A stretch of DNA of 64,000 nt from an uncultured Candidatus Rokubacteria bacterium (GTDB lineage: Bacteria > Methylomirabilota > Methylomirabilia > Rokubacteriales > DASRDR01): positions 1,696,001 to 1,760,000 of the forward strand of contig CAWGVS010000005.1 in the NCBI GenBank assembly GCA_963826115.1, written 5' to 3'. Under the pieces are notes generated by a model. The model was given only the letters and a program-made list of their open reading frames with translations. It did no database searches and had not been told where the DNA came from. The position numbers and the translations under genes are program-made. Shown piece after piece: positions 9,350 to 17,840 of the stretch (position 1 is its first letter; each line of letters opens with the position of its first letter).

Positions 9350-10567
9350 CTAGCGCCGGTGGCGACCGGCGGCCCAGAAACTGGTCGCCGCCACCGAAAG
9401 CGCCGCGATCGACACGCCGAATGCCAGCCGGTAGCTCCCGGTGAGGTCGTAGATCACCCCGCCGAGCCAGGGGCCGATCGCGGAACCCACGCGATTCCCG
9501 AACGTGATGATCCCGAGGACGGCGCCGAAGCTCCGGCCGCGGTACACGTCGGCCGTCAGCGCGGCGACGATGGGGCCGCGCGCGCCCAGCGTGAGGCCGA
9601 AGGGCAGCACGTAGGCCCACAGGAGCCACATCGGCATCCCGGGCGCGAGCAGCAGGAGCGCCAGCGTCCCGGCCGCCGTGGCCGCGTAGCTCAGGAGGGC
9701 CGTGGGGACCCGACCCCACCGGTCCGACAGGGTGCCGAACGTCACGCGGCCCACGGCGGACAGGAGCCCCACCGTCCCGAACGCGGCGGCGGCGCGGCGC
9801 GGGTCGATTCCCGCCTCGACGATGTGCGCGACCTGGTGTGTCATCACCATGAAGTTCGAGACGGGCGTGAAGAAGAAGGCCGCCGCGAAGAACCAGAAGC
9901 GCGCGGTCCCCATCGCGGCCGCGAGCCCCGGCCCCTCCTCCGGCGGCGCCGCGCTCGAGGCGTGGATCGCGCCCTTGCCGACGGTCCGCGGGGACAGCAC
10001 GACCGCGGGCAGGAGCAGGAGCCCCGTCCCCACCCCGAGCGCCGCCATCGCCGACCGCCATCCGACCCGGTCGACCAGGAGGGCCGCAAGCGGCGCGAAC
10101 ACGAAGATGCCGAGTCCCATGCCGGACGACGCCAGCCCGTTGACCGTGCCCCGCGCGGTCGGGAACCAGCGACTCAGGACCACCAGCTGGGCGACGCTGC
10201 CGAGGAGCCCGGCCCCGAATCCCGCGACCACGCCGAACCACAGGAACAGGCCGACCGGCGAGCTTGAGGTGGACGCGAGCGCCATGCCGGCGCCCAGGAT
10301 CACGGCGCCCGCCAGCATGACGGCGCGCTCGCCGAGGCGCTGCATGAGGGGGTCGACGACAGTCCCGACCAGCCCCAGGACCAAGTTGTGGACCGAGAAC
10401 ACCGCCGCAGGGAGACTCCGCAGGCCGCCCATCTCGCCCGCCAGCGGCAGGAGGAAGACCGGGAAGCTGTTCGACAGTCCCTGCGAGAGCACGATCGTGA
10501 CGAAGGCTCCCGCGAGAGCGCGCCAGCGCGGCTCACGGCTCGCCGCGATCCATCTCCGCGGGCTCAC
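9350..10567 (-). CDS. MFS transporter (OFA/MCT-like)
   Basis: About 12 hydrophobic helices, motif A GTLSDRWGR, and SRWFPTARG. Confidence 0.88.
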   Translation of the reverse strand: MSPRRWIAASREPRWRALAGAFVTIVLSQGLSNSFPVFLLPLAGEMGGLRSLPAAVFSVHNLVLGLVGTVVDPLMQRLGERAVMLAGAVILGAGMALASTSSSPVGLFLWFGVVAGFGAGLLGSVAQLVVLSRWFPTARGTVNGLASSGMGLGIFVFAPLAALLVDRVGWRSAMAALGVGTGLLLLPAVVLSPRTVGKGAIHASSAAPPEEGPGLAAAMGTARFWFFAAAFFFTPVSNFMVMTHQVAHIVEAGIDPRRAAAAFGTVGLLSAVGRVTFGTLSDRWGRVPTALLSYAATAAGTLALLLLAPGMPMWLLWAYVLPFGLTLGARGPIVAALTADVYRGRSFGAVLGIITFGNRVGSAIGPWLGGVIYDLTGSYRLAFGVSIAALSVAATSFWAAGRHRR

Positions 10568-10594
10568 GGGCGAGTGCCGGGGACCGGACCCCCG

Positions 10595-11257
10595 TCAGTG
10601 GGCACGGTAGCCCACGAGCGCGGCCGTCCGCGAGCGGGGGTCCACGGTCGACAGCCGGCGGATCATCGCCGGCGTCACGAGCGCGCGGTGCGGGATGTCC
10701 GCCAGATGCTCGGCCACCCACCAGAGGTCACCCGGCGTCGTCATCCAGCCCGCGTGGCGACGATCGAAGCGCGCGAGGTCGACCGGCTGGGAATACGCCC
10801 TGAGCGTGCGCTCGCCGCGAAGGTTCATGTAGCCGTCGAAGTAGCTCATCACGAGCTCGCGGAGCCCGCGGTAGACGGGCGCGCGGTACCGGAGCCCGGC
10901 GAAGTTCGACTTCGCGATCGCCCCCCAGCCGCCGTCGACGCGGAACACCGCCACGACGTGGTCGGTGTCCTGGACGGCCTCGAGGTCGAGGAGAAGCGGC
11001 GGGAAGCCGAGCACCCGGAGCGCCGCAGCGGCGAAGATCGCGCCCTCCAGGCAGTGGGCGGTGCGCTCGCGCAGGACACGGCGCGGCGACCAGGCCGTCC
11101 GCGCGAGGTGATACGGCATCGCGTCGAGGGCCCGCTGGATCCCGGCGGGGGTCCGCAAGGCCCGGAGGGCGCGCCACTCCCCCGGGGTCAGGCCGAACGC
11201 CGGTGTCAGCGGGCCTGCGGGCCGCCCGGCACGGCGGGGCGCGAGGCGAGATGGCAC
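10595..11257 (-). CDS. Conserved hypothetical protein with Cys/His motifs (possible transglutaminase/papain-like fold)
   Basis: Motifs AHCLEGAIFAAA, DTDHVVAVF, WGAIAKSN. Start position uncertain. Confidence 0.7.
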   Translation of the reverse strand: MPSRLAPRRAGRPAGPLTPAFGLTPGEWRALRALRTPAGIQRALDAMPYHLARTAWSPRRVLRERTAHCLEGAIFAAAALRVLGFPPLLLDLEAVQDTDHVVAVFRVDGGWGAIAKSNFAGLRYRAPVYRGLRELVMSYFDGYMNLRGERTLRAYSQPVDLARFDRRHAGWMTTPGDLWWVAEHLADIPHRALVTPAMIRRLSTVDPRSRTAALVGYRAH

Positions 11258-11287
11258 GCGCCGCGGGTCAGGCGAGAGGAAGCGGGC

Positions 11288-12034
11288 CTAGCGGCAGACG
11301 GATCGCGTGTAGGTCGGGACCCAGACCGACAGGCGCTGGCCGTTCGAGAACGTGCGCGTCTCCCAGTGGCCCGCGACCGTCAGGGTCTCGCAGTTCTCCG
11401 GCGGCGCCGCCGCCGAGGTCGTTCCGTGCGGAGGCGACCCCGACGGCGTCTCGGCGGCCTGGGGAGTAGGCGGGAGCGCGGACGCGTCGGGCGGCGGAGG
11501 AGCGGGCACGCCCGGCGGCGGTTCGGCTGGCGTGATGTAGGTCGCGCCCGGCGTGTACGCGGGATACGCGGCCGGATACGCCGGATAGGCGGAATACGTG
11601 GGATACGCGGAATACGCGGGGTACGCAGGAGGCGGCGCGTACACCGGATAGGCGGGCGCCGCGTAGACCTGCGGGTAGGCCCACAACGGCGCCGTCAGCA
11701 GCGCTCCCGCGGCCACCCCCACGGCGACACCGCCCCAGCCCCAGCAGCAGCCACCGTGCGAGTGTCCGCCGTGCCAGCCGCCGTGCGAGTGCCCGCCGTG
11801 CCAGCCACCGTGCCCGTGGCCCGACCAGCCCTGCCACCGCGGGCCGCCCCAGCCGTGGTTCGCGTGCCCGGCCGATGCCCGCGGCACGCCGGGGGCAAAG
11901 CGCGCGCCCCCGCCGGTCCCGCCGGGGGCAAAGCGCGCCCCTCCGCCGGTCCCGCGGGGCGCCGCGAGCGCAAGCGTGGGCGCCACGAGAAGCCCGACTG
12001 CCACGACCACCGCGGCACGGATCGCGCGTCGCAT
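11288..12034 (-). CDS. Secreted or membrane low-complexity Gly/His/Pro/Tyr-rich protein
   Basis: SD GGAGGGAG, signal peptide MRRAIRAAVVVAVGLLVAPTLALA, internal repeats, and C-terminal GHWETR..VWVP. Confidence 0.75.
   Translation of the reverse strand: MRRAIRAAVVVAVGLLVAPTLALAAPRGTGGGARFAPGGTGGGARFAPGVPRASAGHANHGWGGPRWQGWSGHGHGGWHGGHSHGGWHGGHSHGGCCWGWGGVAVGVAAGALLTAPLWAYPQVYAAPAYPVYAPPPAYPAYSAYPTYSAYPAYPAAYPAYTPGATYITPAEPPPGVPAPPPPDASALPPTPQAAETPSGSPPHGTTSAAAPPENCETLTVAGHWETRTFSNGQRLSVWVPTYTRSVCR
11887..11952. repeat. Two-copy ~33-bp tandem repeat encoding GTGGGARFAPG
   Basis: CGCCGGGGGCAAAGCGCGC..CCGCCGGTCC occurs twice in tandem. Confidence 0.8.
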
Positions 12035-12081
12035 CACGGCTCTCCCTCCCGTCGGCGCGGCCGGAGCCCACGCCACGGCCA

Positions 12082-12624
12082 CTATACACCCGGGCGCCGA
12101 AACCAGTCCTCGAGGGCCTCGCGCGTGCTCCGGAACGCGAGCGCGTCCCAGGGGATCTCCTCCCGCCCGAAGTACCCGGCCTCGCTCACCTCGTGGGCGT
12201 CGGGCGCCGCCTCGAGCCCGGGGGGCACCGTGACGTGGTAGACGACGATCACCACCGGCGCGTCCGCGTAGGAGTAGATCCCCAAAAGGCCGGCCGGCTC
12301 GAGATCGAGCCCCACCTCCTCGCGCATCTCGCGGCGCGCGGCGGCGGTCACGCTCTCCCCCCAGTCGACGTAGCCGCCGGGAAAGGTCCAGAGGCCGTGG
12401 GCCGGCTCGATCGCCCGGCGCGTCAGGAGCACGCGGCCGTCCCGCACCGGGATGGTCACGGCGACGATCTTCGGGTGGAGATAGCAGACGAACCCGCAGC
12501 CGCCGCACACCGGGTACTCGCGCATGTCTCGCGCGACCACGCGGCGCACGACCGGCGCGCCGCAGAGCGGGCAGAAGCGAAGCGTGTCGGGCCGGAGCTC
12601 GCGCAGCGGCTCCTGCTCAGCCAC
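12082..12624 (-). CDS. NUDIX hydrolase with N-terminal zinc ribbon
   Basis: FCPLCG...CGGCG zinc ribbon and Nudix box GGYVDWGESVTAAARREMREEVG. GTG start overlaps the upstream stop. Confidence 0.9.
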   Translation of the reverse strand: MAEQEPLRELRPDTLRFCPLCGAPVVRRVVARDMREYPVCGGCGFVCYLHPKIVAVTIPVRDGRVLLTRRAIEPAHGLWTFPGGYVDWGESVTAAARREMREEVGLDLEPAGLLGIYSYADAPVVIVVYHVTVPPGLEAAPDAHEVSEAGYFGREEIPWDALAFRSTREALEDWFRRPGV

Positions 12625-14344
12625 CGGCGCTCCCCTGCGACGACCCGCCGCGTCGCGACGCGGCCTCGCCGTCATCGTGGTATCGCGCGAAGAGCGGATG
12701 GAGGTCGCGGGCGCGCATCACGGCCCGGAAGTCGAACGCGACGCGGGGCGGCGCCGCGACGAACGCGTAGAGCTCGCTCTCGGAGGGGCCGGCGTGACTC
12801 CCCCGCTCGTCGAGGAAGTTCACGCAACCCGCGGTGGTGTAGTGGCCGTACAGGATGACGTCCCCACTCGAGGGCATGGCGAGGAGGTCCTGGAGACCCC
12901 GCACGACGACGTCACGATCCGGTCGGTCGAACACGGGGCAGCCGGTGGGGCCCGACGGCGGGGGGATCCGCAGCATGTCGCCGCGATAGTAGCAGAGGGG
13001 CCCGCGGGCATCCTGCGCCAAGACGAAGCCGATGGCCGGATGCCGTGACAGGCGATCGAGCGCGCCGGGGTATCGGGCGGCGATCTCCTCGGCCGGCACC
13101 CGCGCCGTCGTGTGCGTCAGGTAGATGTTCACGTTCGGCCCCGCCGGCACGATACAGAGCCCGCCGACCCAGACCGCGTTGCGCTCGCGCACGGGCCGCT
13201 GCTCCACGGTCGCGAGGGTGCGCTGCCAGGGCCCCGTGAACGGCCAGAGCGGCAGCGGAGGGTCGACCTCGCCCCCGGCGGGTGGCTCCCGTCCGAACGG
13301 GACGGTCGCGGGCGCGCCCGGCGCCGCCGGCGAGCCGTCCCGCGCAGGCCCGAAGCAGGCGGTGACCGCCTCGGCGACCGACGCCCCGCCGGCGACGACG
13401 CGGAACGGCACCGACCGGATCTGGCCGTGGTCGGACAGCACGTAAAGGTCGTAGGCGTGCTCGGGCACCCGCCCGACGACCCGCGCGAGGCGCCCGATGC
13501 TCCGGTCCACGCCACGGAGCGCGCGGAGCGCCGCGGGGTGGCGCGGGCCGAGCTCGTGGGCGGCGACGTCGTAGTCGACGAAGTTGACGTACAGGGCCGG
13601 GACGCCCGCGTAGAGGTCGGCGCTCACGCCGAGCGTGAAGAGCTCGCGGAGCCAGCCGCCGATCATGAGCCCGGTCATCATCCGGCGGAGCGACGGCACG
13701 CGGCGCCCGAGGGTGAAGTCACGGAGCGCCTCGCCGACCCAGCGGAGGAGCGCCCACGCGGTGACGACGGACATCTTCGCGACGAGGCACAGGAGGACGA
13801 CGAAGGGCACGACCAGGGCCCGGAAGCCCACCCGACCCCAGAACGCGTGGGGCCGCAGCACGTGCGCGAAGGTGAGGACCGTGTCGTCGGCGCCGCCCCC
13901 GAAGACGCACCCGTAGGTGCGGCCCCCGCGGACGATCCCCGTCCCCGGCCGCGCGTGGACGGCCTCCACCGCCGCGGCATCCCAGGGGCGCGGGAACCAC
14001 CGGTAGGTCCCGGTCCGCTTGTCGACGAACTCGAAGCCCGGGACGTCGACCGGCCCGCCGTACATGAGGCCGGCCTGGAACGCGGGCGTGGACGTCGGGA
14101 GGCCGGACGGGACCGCGTGGAGCGCGAGGGCACCCTGCCGGACGAGGCGGGCCAGGGCCGGCATGCGGCGGCGCTCCACGGCCTCTCGGACGACCTCGTG
14201 GGCGCACCCGCAGATCTGGATCACCACGAACCGCCGGGCCGGTGTCTCGCGACACGGGGGTTTCCGCGCCCAGCGCACGAGCCCGTCGAGCAGGCCCGAG
14301 ACGGCGCGACCCGGGCGGGACCACCATCGGTCGGGCCTCGCCAT
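12617..14344 (-). CDS. Alkaline phosphatase superfamily protein (type I phosphodiesterase/nucleotide pyrophosphatase-like)
   Basis: Motifs PTSTPAFQ, NFVDYDVAAH, LSDHGQ, GSHAG, plus an internal TM segment. Confidence 0.8.
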   Translation of the reverse strand: MARPDRWWSRPGRAVSGLLDGLVRWARKPPCRETPARRFVVIQICGCAHEVVREAVERRRMPALARLVRQGALALHAVPSGLPTSTPAFQAGLMYGGPVDVPGFEFVDKRTGTYRWFPRPWDAAAVEAVHARPGTGIVRGGRTYGCVFGGGADDTVLTFAHVLRPHAFWGRVGFRALVVPFVVLLCLVAKMSVVTAWALLRWVGEALRDFTLGRRVPSLRRMMTGLMIGGWLRELFTLGVSADLYAGVPALYVNFVDYDVAAHELGPRHPAALRALRGVDRSIGRLARVVGRVPEHAYDLYVLSDHGQIRSVPFRVVAGGASVAEAVTACFGPARDGSPAAPGAPATVPFGREPPAGGEVDPPLPLWPFTGPWQRTLATVEQRPVRERNAVWVGGLCIVPAGPNVNIYLTHTTARVPAEEIAARYPGALDRLSRHPAIGFVLAQDARGPLCYYRGDMLRIPPPSGPTGCPVFDRPDRDVVVRGLQDLLAMPSSGDVILYGHYTTAGCVNFLDERGSHAGPSESELYAFVAAPPRVAFDFRAVMRARDLHPLFARYHDDGEAASRRGGSSQGSAGG

Positions 14345-14517
14345 CGATTCAGATCCTACGGTCGGCTCGCGCGCCGGGCAACGATCGCCTTGCGCCCCGA
14401 AGAGGGCGTCTGCTACCGTTCGAGATCATGGCCGAGCGAGAGCCCACGGGACCCTCCTGCTCCGACGGCGTCCGGGACTTCCGGGAGCCGGCGGGCCAGC
14501 GCTGAGGGCGGGAACCC

Positions 14518-15867
14518 ATGCGGATCATCGTCATCGGCGCGGGCGAGGTCGGCTACCACATCGCGGAGCGGCTGTCCCACGAGGCGCACGAGATCGTCGT
14601 CATCGAGCGTCAGCCGGACGTCGTGCGGCGGCTCGAGGAGACCCTGCGGGTCCGCGCCATCGAGGCGGACGGCTCGTCGCCCCGCGCGCTCGAGGCGGCC
14701 GGTGTCCGGGACGCCGCGATGGTGATCGCGGTGGCGGACGTCGACGAGGTCAACATCGTGGCCTGCGCCATCGCGCACCAGTACGGCGTCGCCACCAAGA
14801 TCGCGCGGGTCCGCGACATCGAGCTCGGCGAGCACCCCATCCTGCAGGGCGGCAAGGTGCTGGGGATCGACCTCCTGATCAACCCGACGCAGGTCGTGGC
14901 CGACGAGATCCTGCGCGTCATCAAGACGACCGGAGCGGCCGAGGTGGCCGACTTCGCCAACGGCCGCGTCCAGCTCCTGGGGGTCAAGGTCGGCGCCCGG
15001 GCGCCGCTCGCGAACCGCCGGCTCCGGGATCTCCGGTCGGTCCAGGCGTCCGCGCCCTTCCGCGTCGTCGGCATCGCGCGAGGCGAGCGGCTGATCGTGC
15101 CGACGGACGACACCGCGCTGGCGGCCGAGGACCACGTGTACGTCGTGAGCCGCCGGGACGTCATCCCCGACATCCTCGTCCTCATGGGTCGCACGGCGGC
15201 GACGACCAAGCAGGTGTTCGTCATCGGCGGGGGCCGCATCGGACTCGAGGTGGCGCGCGCGCTCGAGAACGACGAGATCACGGTGACGGTGCTCGAGCGG
15301 AACCGCGCCCGGTACGACGAGCTCACCCGTGAGCTGATGCACGCCCGGGTGGTCCACGGCGACGGCACCGACGTGAAGCTCCTAGTGGACGAGGACATCG
15401 GCTCGGCCGACGCGATCGCGACGCTCACCGACGACGACCCCACGAACCTCCTGGCGGGGCTTCTCGGCAAGCGCCACGGCGCCAAGAAGGCCGTCGCCCT
15501 GTTCAAGCGGCAGGACCTCATCCCGCTCGTCGGGTCGCTCGGGATCGACGCGGCGATCAGCCCGCGGCTCCTCACGGCCAGCGTGATCCTGAAGTACGTG
15601 CGGGGCGGGCGGGTCGTCTCGGTGTTCGAGCTGCCGGAGAGCGAGGCGGAGACGCTGGAGGTGGTGGTGCAGCAGGGGACGCCGGCCGCGGACCGGTCGA
15701 TCGAGGCGCTGGAGCTCCCCGCCGAGGCCGCCCTGGTCGGCGCGGTAGTCCGCGGCGATCAGATGCTGACGCCGGACCCCGACCGCGTCCTGGCGGTGGG
15801 CGACCACGTCATCCTGCTCGCCCTGCCCCGCGCCCTCCCGACCGTGGAGCGCCTCTTCGGACTGTAG
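14518..15867 (+). CDS. trkA: Trk potassium uptake NAD-binding subunit TrkA
   Basis: Two RCK_N/RCK_C pairs (IIVIGAGEVG, FVIGGGRIG), 449 aa. Confidence 0.93.
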   Translation: MRIIVIGAGEVGYHIAERLSHEAHEIVVIERQPDVVRRLEETLRVRAIEADGSSPRALEAAGVRDAAMVIAVADVDEVNIVACAIAHQYGVATKIARVRDIELGEHPILQGGKVLGIDLLINPTQVVADEILRVIKTTGAAEVADFANGRVQLLGVKVGARAPLANRRLRDLRSVQASAPFRVVGIARGERLIVPTDDTALAAEDHVYVVSRRDVIPDILVLMGRTAATTKQVFVIGGGRIGLEVARALENDEITVTVLERNRARYDELTRELMHARVVHGDGTDVKLLVDEDIGSADAIATLTDDDPTNLLAGLLGKRHGAKKAVALFKRQDLIPLVGSLGIDAAISPRLLTASVILKYVRGGRVVSVFELPESEAETLEVVVQQGTPAADRSIEALELPAEAALVGAVVRGDQMLTPDPDRVLAVGDHVILLALPRALPTVERLFGL

Positions 15868-15885
15868 GGGCCGCTCGGCCCCCCG

Positions 15886-16077
15886 CTACGCCGGGCGCTC
15901 TTCCTCGGGCGGCGGCGCCTGGTCGGGCCCGCCCACCATCGAGTCCCAGTCGATCGGCGGACCGCCGCCCGAGTCGTCCTTCCCGCCCTCGCGCTTCCTC
16001 TCGGCCTTCGCGTCGCGCTTGGCCTTGCGGGCCTGTTCCTTCCGCCATTTCTCGCCGCTATAGGACCGTCGCCCCAT
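15886..16077 (-). CDS. Small basic/acidic hypothetical protein
   Basis: SD GGAGGG. Sequence MGRRSYSGEKWRKEQARKAKRDAKAERKRE...PPIDWD. Confidence 0.65.
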   Translation of the reverse strand: MGRRSYSGEKWRKEQARKAKRDAKAERKREGGKDDSGGGPPIDWDSMVGGPDQAPPPEEERPA

Positions 16078-16164
16078 GCCCCCCTCCGCGCCGACGCGTT
16101 GAGATGCCAAGGCCCTCCCGGATGCCCGGAAGGGCCACTCTGCCCCCGTCCTGCTCGCGCACGC

Positions 16165-17691
16165 TCAGAGTACGGGACCGATGATCCAGGGCGCGAACTC
16201 CTCCTCCCCGATCCCCTGAGCCTCGCTCTTCGTCTTCTTCCCGGACGCGACGGCCACCACTTCCTCGAACACCTGACGTCCCACGGCCTCGAGCGGCGTG
16301 CCCTCGAGGATGACGCCGCAGTTGATGTCCATGTCCTCCTCCATCTGCCGGTACACCAGCGAGTTGGTCGCCAGCTTGATGGAGGGCACCGGCCGGCAGC
16401 CGAACACCGAGCCGCGACCGGTGGTGAACACAACGATGTTGGCGCCGCCGGCGACGAGGCCCGTGACCGACACGGGGTCGTGGCCCGGCGTGTCCATGAA
16501 GACGAACCCTCGCGTCGTGATCGGCTCCCCGTAGAGGAATACGTCGTTGAGCGGCGTGGTCCCGCCCTTGGTGACGCCCCCGAGGGACTTCTCGAACACG
16601 GTGGTGAGGCCGCCCGCCTTGTTCCCCGGCGCCGGGTTGTTGTCCATCTCGGCCCCGAGCACGCGGCAGTAGTACTCCCACCACTTGAAGCGGTCGATCA
16701 GCTTCTTGGCGACGCCCTCGTTCACCGAGCGCCGGACGAGGAGGTGCTCCGCGCCGTAGATCTCCGAGGTCTCCGCGAGAACGCCGGTGCCGCCGTAGCG
16801 CACCAGCTCGTCCACCGCCCAGCCGAGCGCGGGGTTGGCCGTGATACCGGAGTTCCCGTCAGACCCGCCGCAGTTCGTGGCCAGGATGAGCTCCGAGAGG
16901 GGCTGCGGCGTCCGCCGGGCCTCGTTGGCGATCGGGAGGATGTCCTGGACCGCCTTGATCCCGGCCTCCACCGTCTTGCGCACGCCCCCCGACTCCTGGA
17001 TCGAGATGACGCGGGGCCGCCCGAGCTTCTGGCGCTCGATGAAGGGCACCGTCTGGTTGACCTCGCATCCGAGCCCGATCAGGACGTAGGCCCCCACGTT
17101 CGGGTGGCGGGCGTAGCCGCCGAGCACCCGCATCAGCGCCTCGTGGTCCTCGCCGAAGAGCTTCGTCCCGCACCCGGACTTGTGCGTGATCGCGATGACC
17201 CCGTCGATATGGGGAAAGTTGCGCTGGACCTCCCGGAAGCGCTCGCGGATGAACTGACACACGCTCGCCGAGCAGTTGACCGTGGAGATGACGGCGACGT
17301 AGTTGCGCGTCCCCACCCGCCCGTCGGCGCGCTTGAACCCGTCGAAGTAGCGCATCTCCGACTGCGGGTAGTAGTCGACCGGGCGGACGTCCACGCCGAC
17401 CTCGTACGCGCGCTGGTACTCACCGACCGCGAGGTTGTGCGTGTGGACGTGCTCGCCCCGCGCGATCGGCTGCGTGGCGAAGCCGATGACCTGGCCGTAG
17501 CGCCGGACCGCCTCGCCCTTCCCGCGGTCGCGCCGGGCGATCTTGTGGCCGGGCCGGATGTCGCACTGGAGCTCGATGCGCTCGCCGCCGTGCTCGATGA
17601 CCGTCCCCGTCGGAATGGGCGCCTTGGCGATGATGACGTCGTCCTCGGGGTGCAGGATCAGCGCTTTCGCTCGGAGGTCGAACGTCGCCAT
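16165..17691 (-). CDS. UxaA/GarD-family sugar-acid dehydratase
   Basis: SAF domain (GHKIA, GEHVHTHN), GTRNY, NCSASV, HKSGCG, CGGSDG, NPAPGNKAGGLTT. Confidence 0.9.
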   Translation of the reverse strand: MATFDLRAKALILHPEDDVIIAKAPIPTGTVIEHGGERIELQCDIRPGHKIARRDRGKGEAVRRYGQVIGFATQPIARGEHVHTHNLAVGEYQRAYEVGVDVRPVDYYPQSEMRYFDGFKRADGRVGTRNYVAVISTVNCSASVCQFIRERFREVQRNFPHIDGVIAITHKSGCGTKLFGEDHEALMRVLGGYARHPNVGAYVLIGLGCEVNQTVPFIERQKLGRPRVISIQESGGVRKTVEAGIKAVQDILPIANEARRTPQPLSELILATNCGGSDGNSGITANPALGWAVDELVRYGGTGVLAETSEIYGAEHLLVRRSVNEGVAKKLIDRFKWWEYYCRVLGAEMDNNPAPGNKAGGLTTVFEKSLGGVTKGGTTPLNDVFLYGEPITTRGFVFMDTPGHDPVSVTGLVAGGANIVVFTTGRGSVFGCRPVPSIKLATNSLVYRQMEEDMDINCGVILEGTPLEAVGRQVFEEVVAVASGKKTKSEAQGIGEEEFAPWIIGPVL

Positions 17692-17840
17692 GGCCCGGGG
17701 CTCCTCTCGGTCGTGGGGCGATCCACCCTCGCCGGCTTGCACGGCGGAAACCGCCCTCTGGCCCTTATACCATACACGGGCCGAGCTGGGCCGCCCCCGG
17801 CGCTTCCGGGGCCTTCCGCGCTACGGTAACATCTCGTTGA

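Noticed and set aside
11181-11195. Second GGGGTCAGGCC match resembling the REP-like arm
   Set aside because: It has no partner arm and lies in frame within a CDS (FGLTPG), so it is probably chance.
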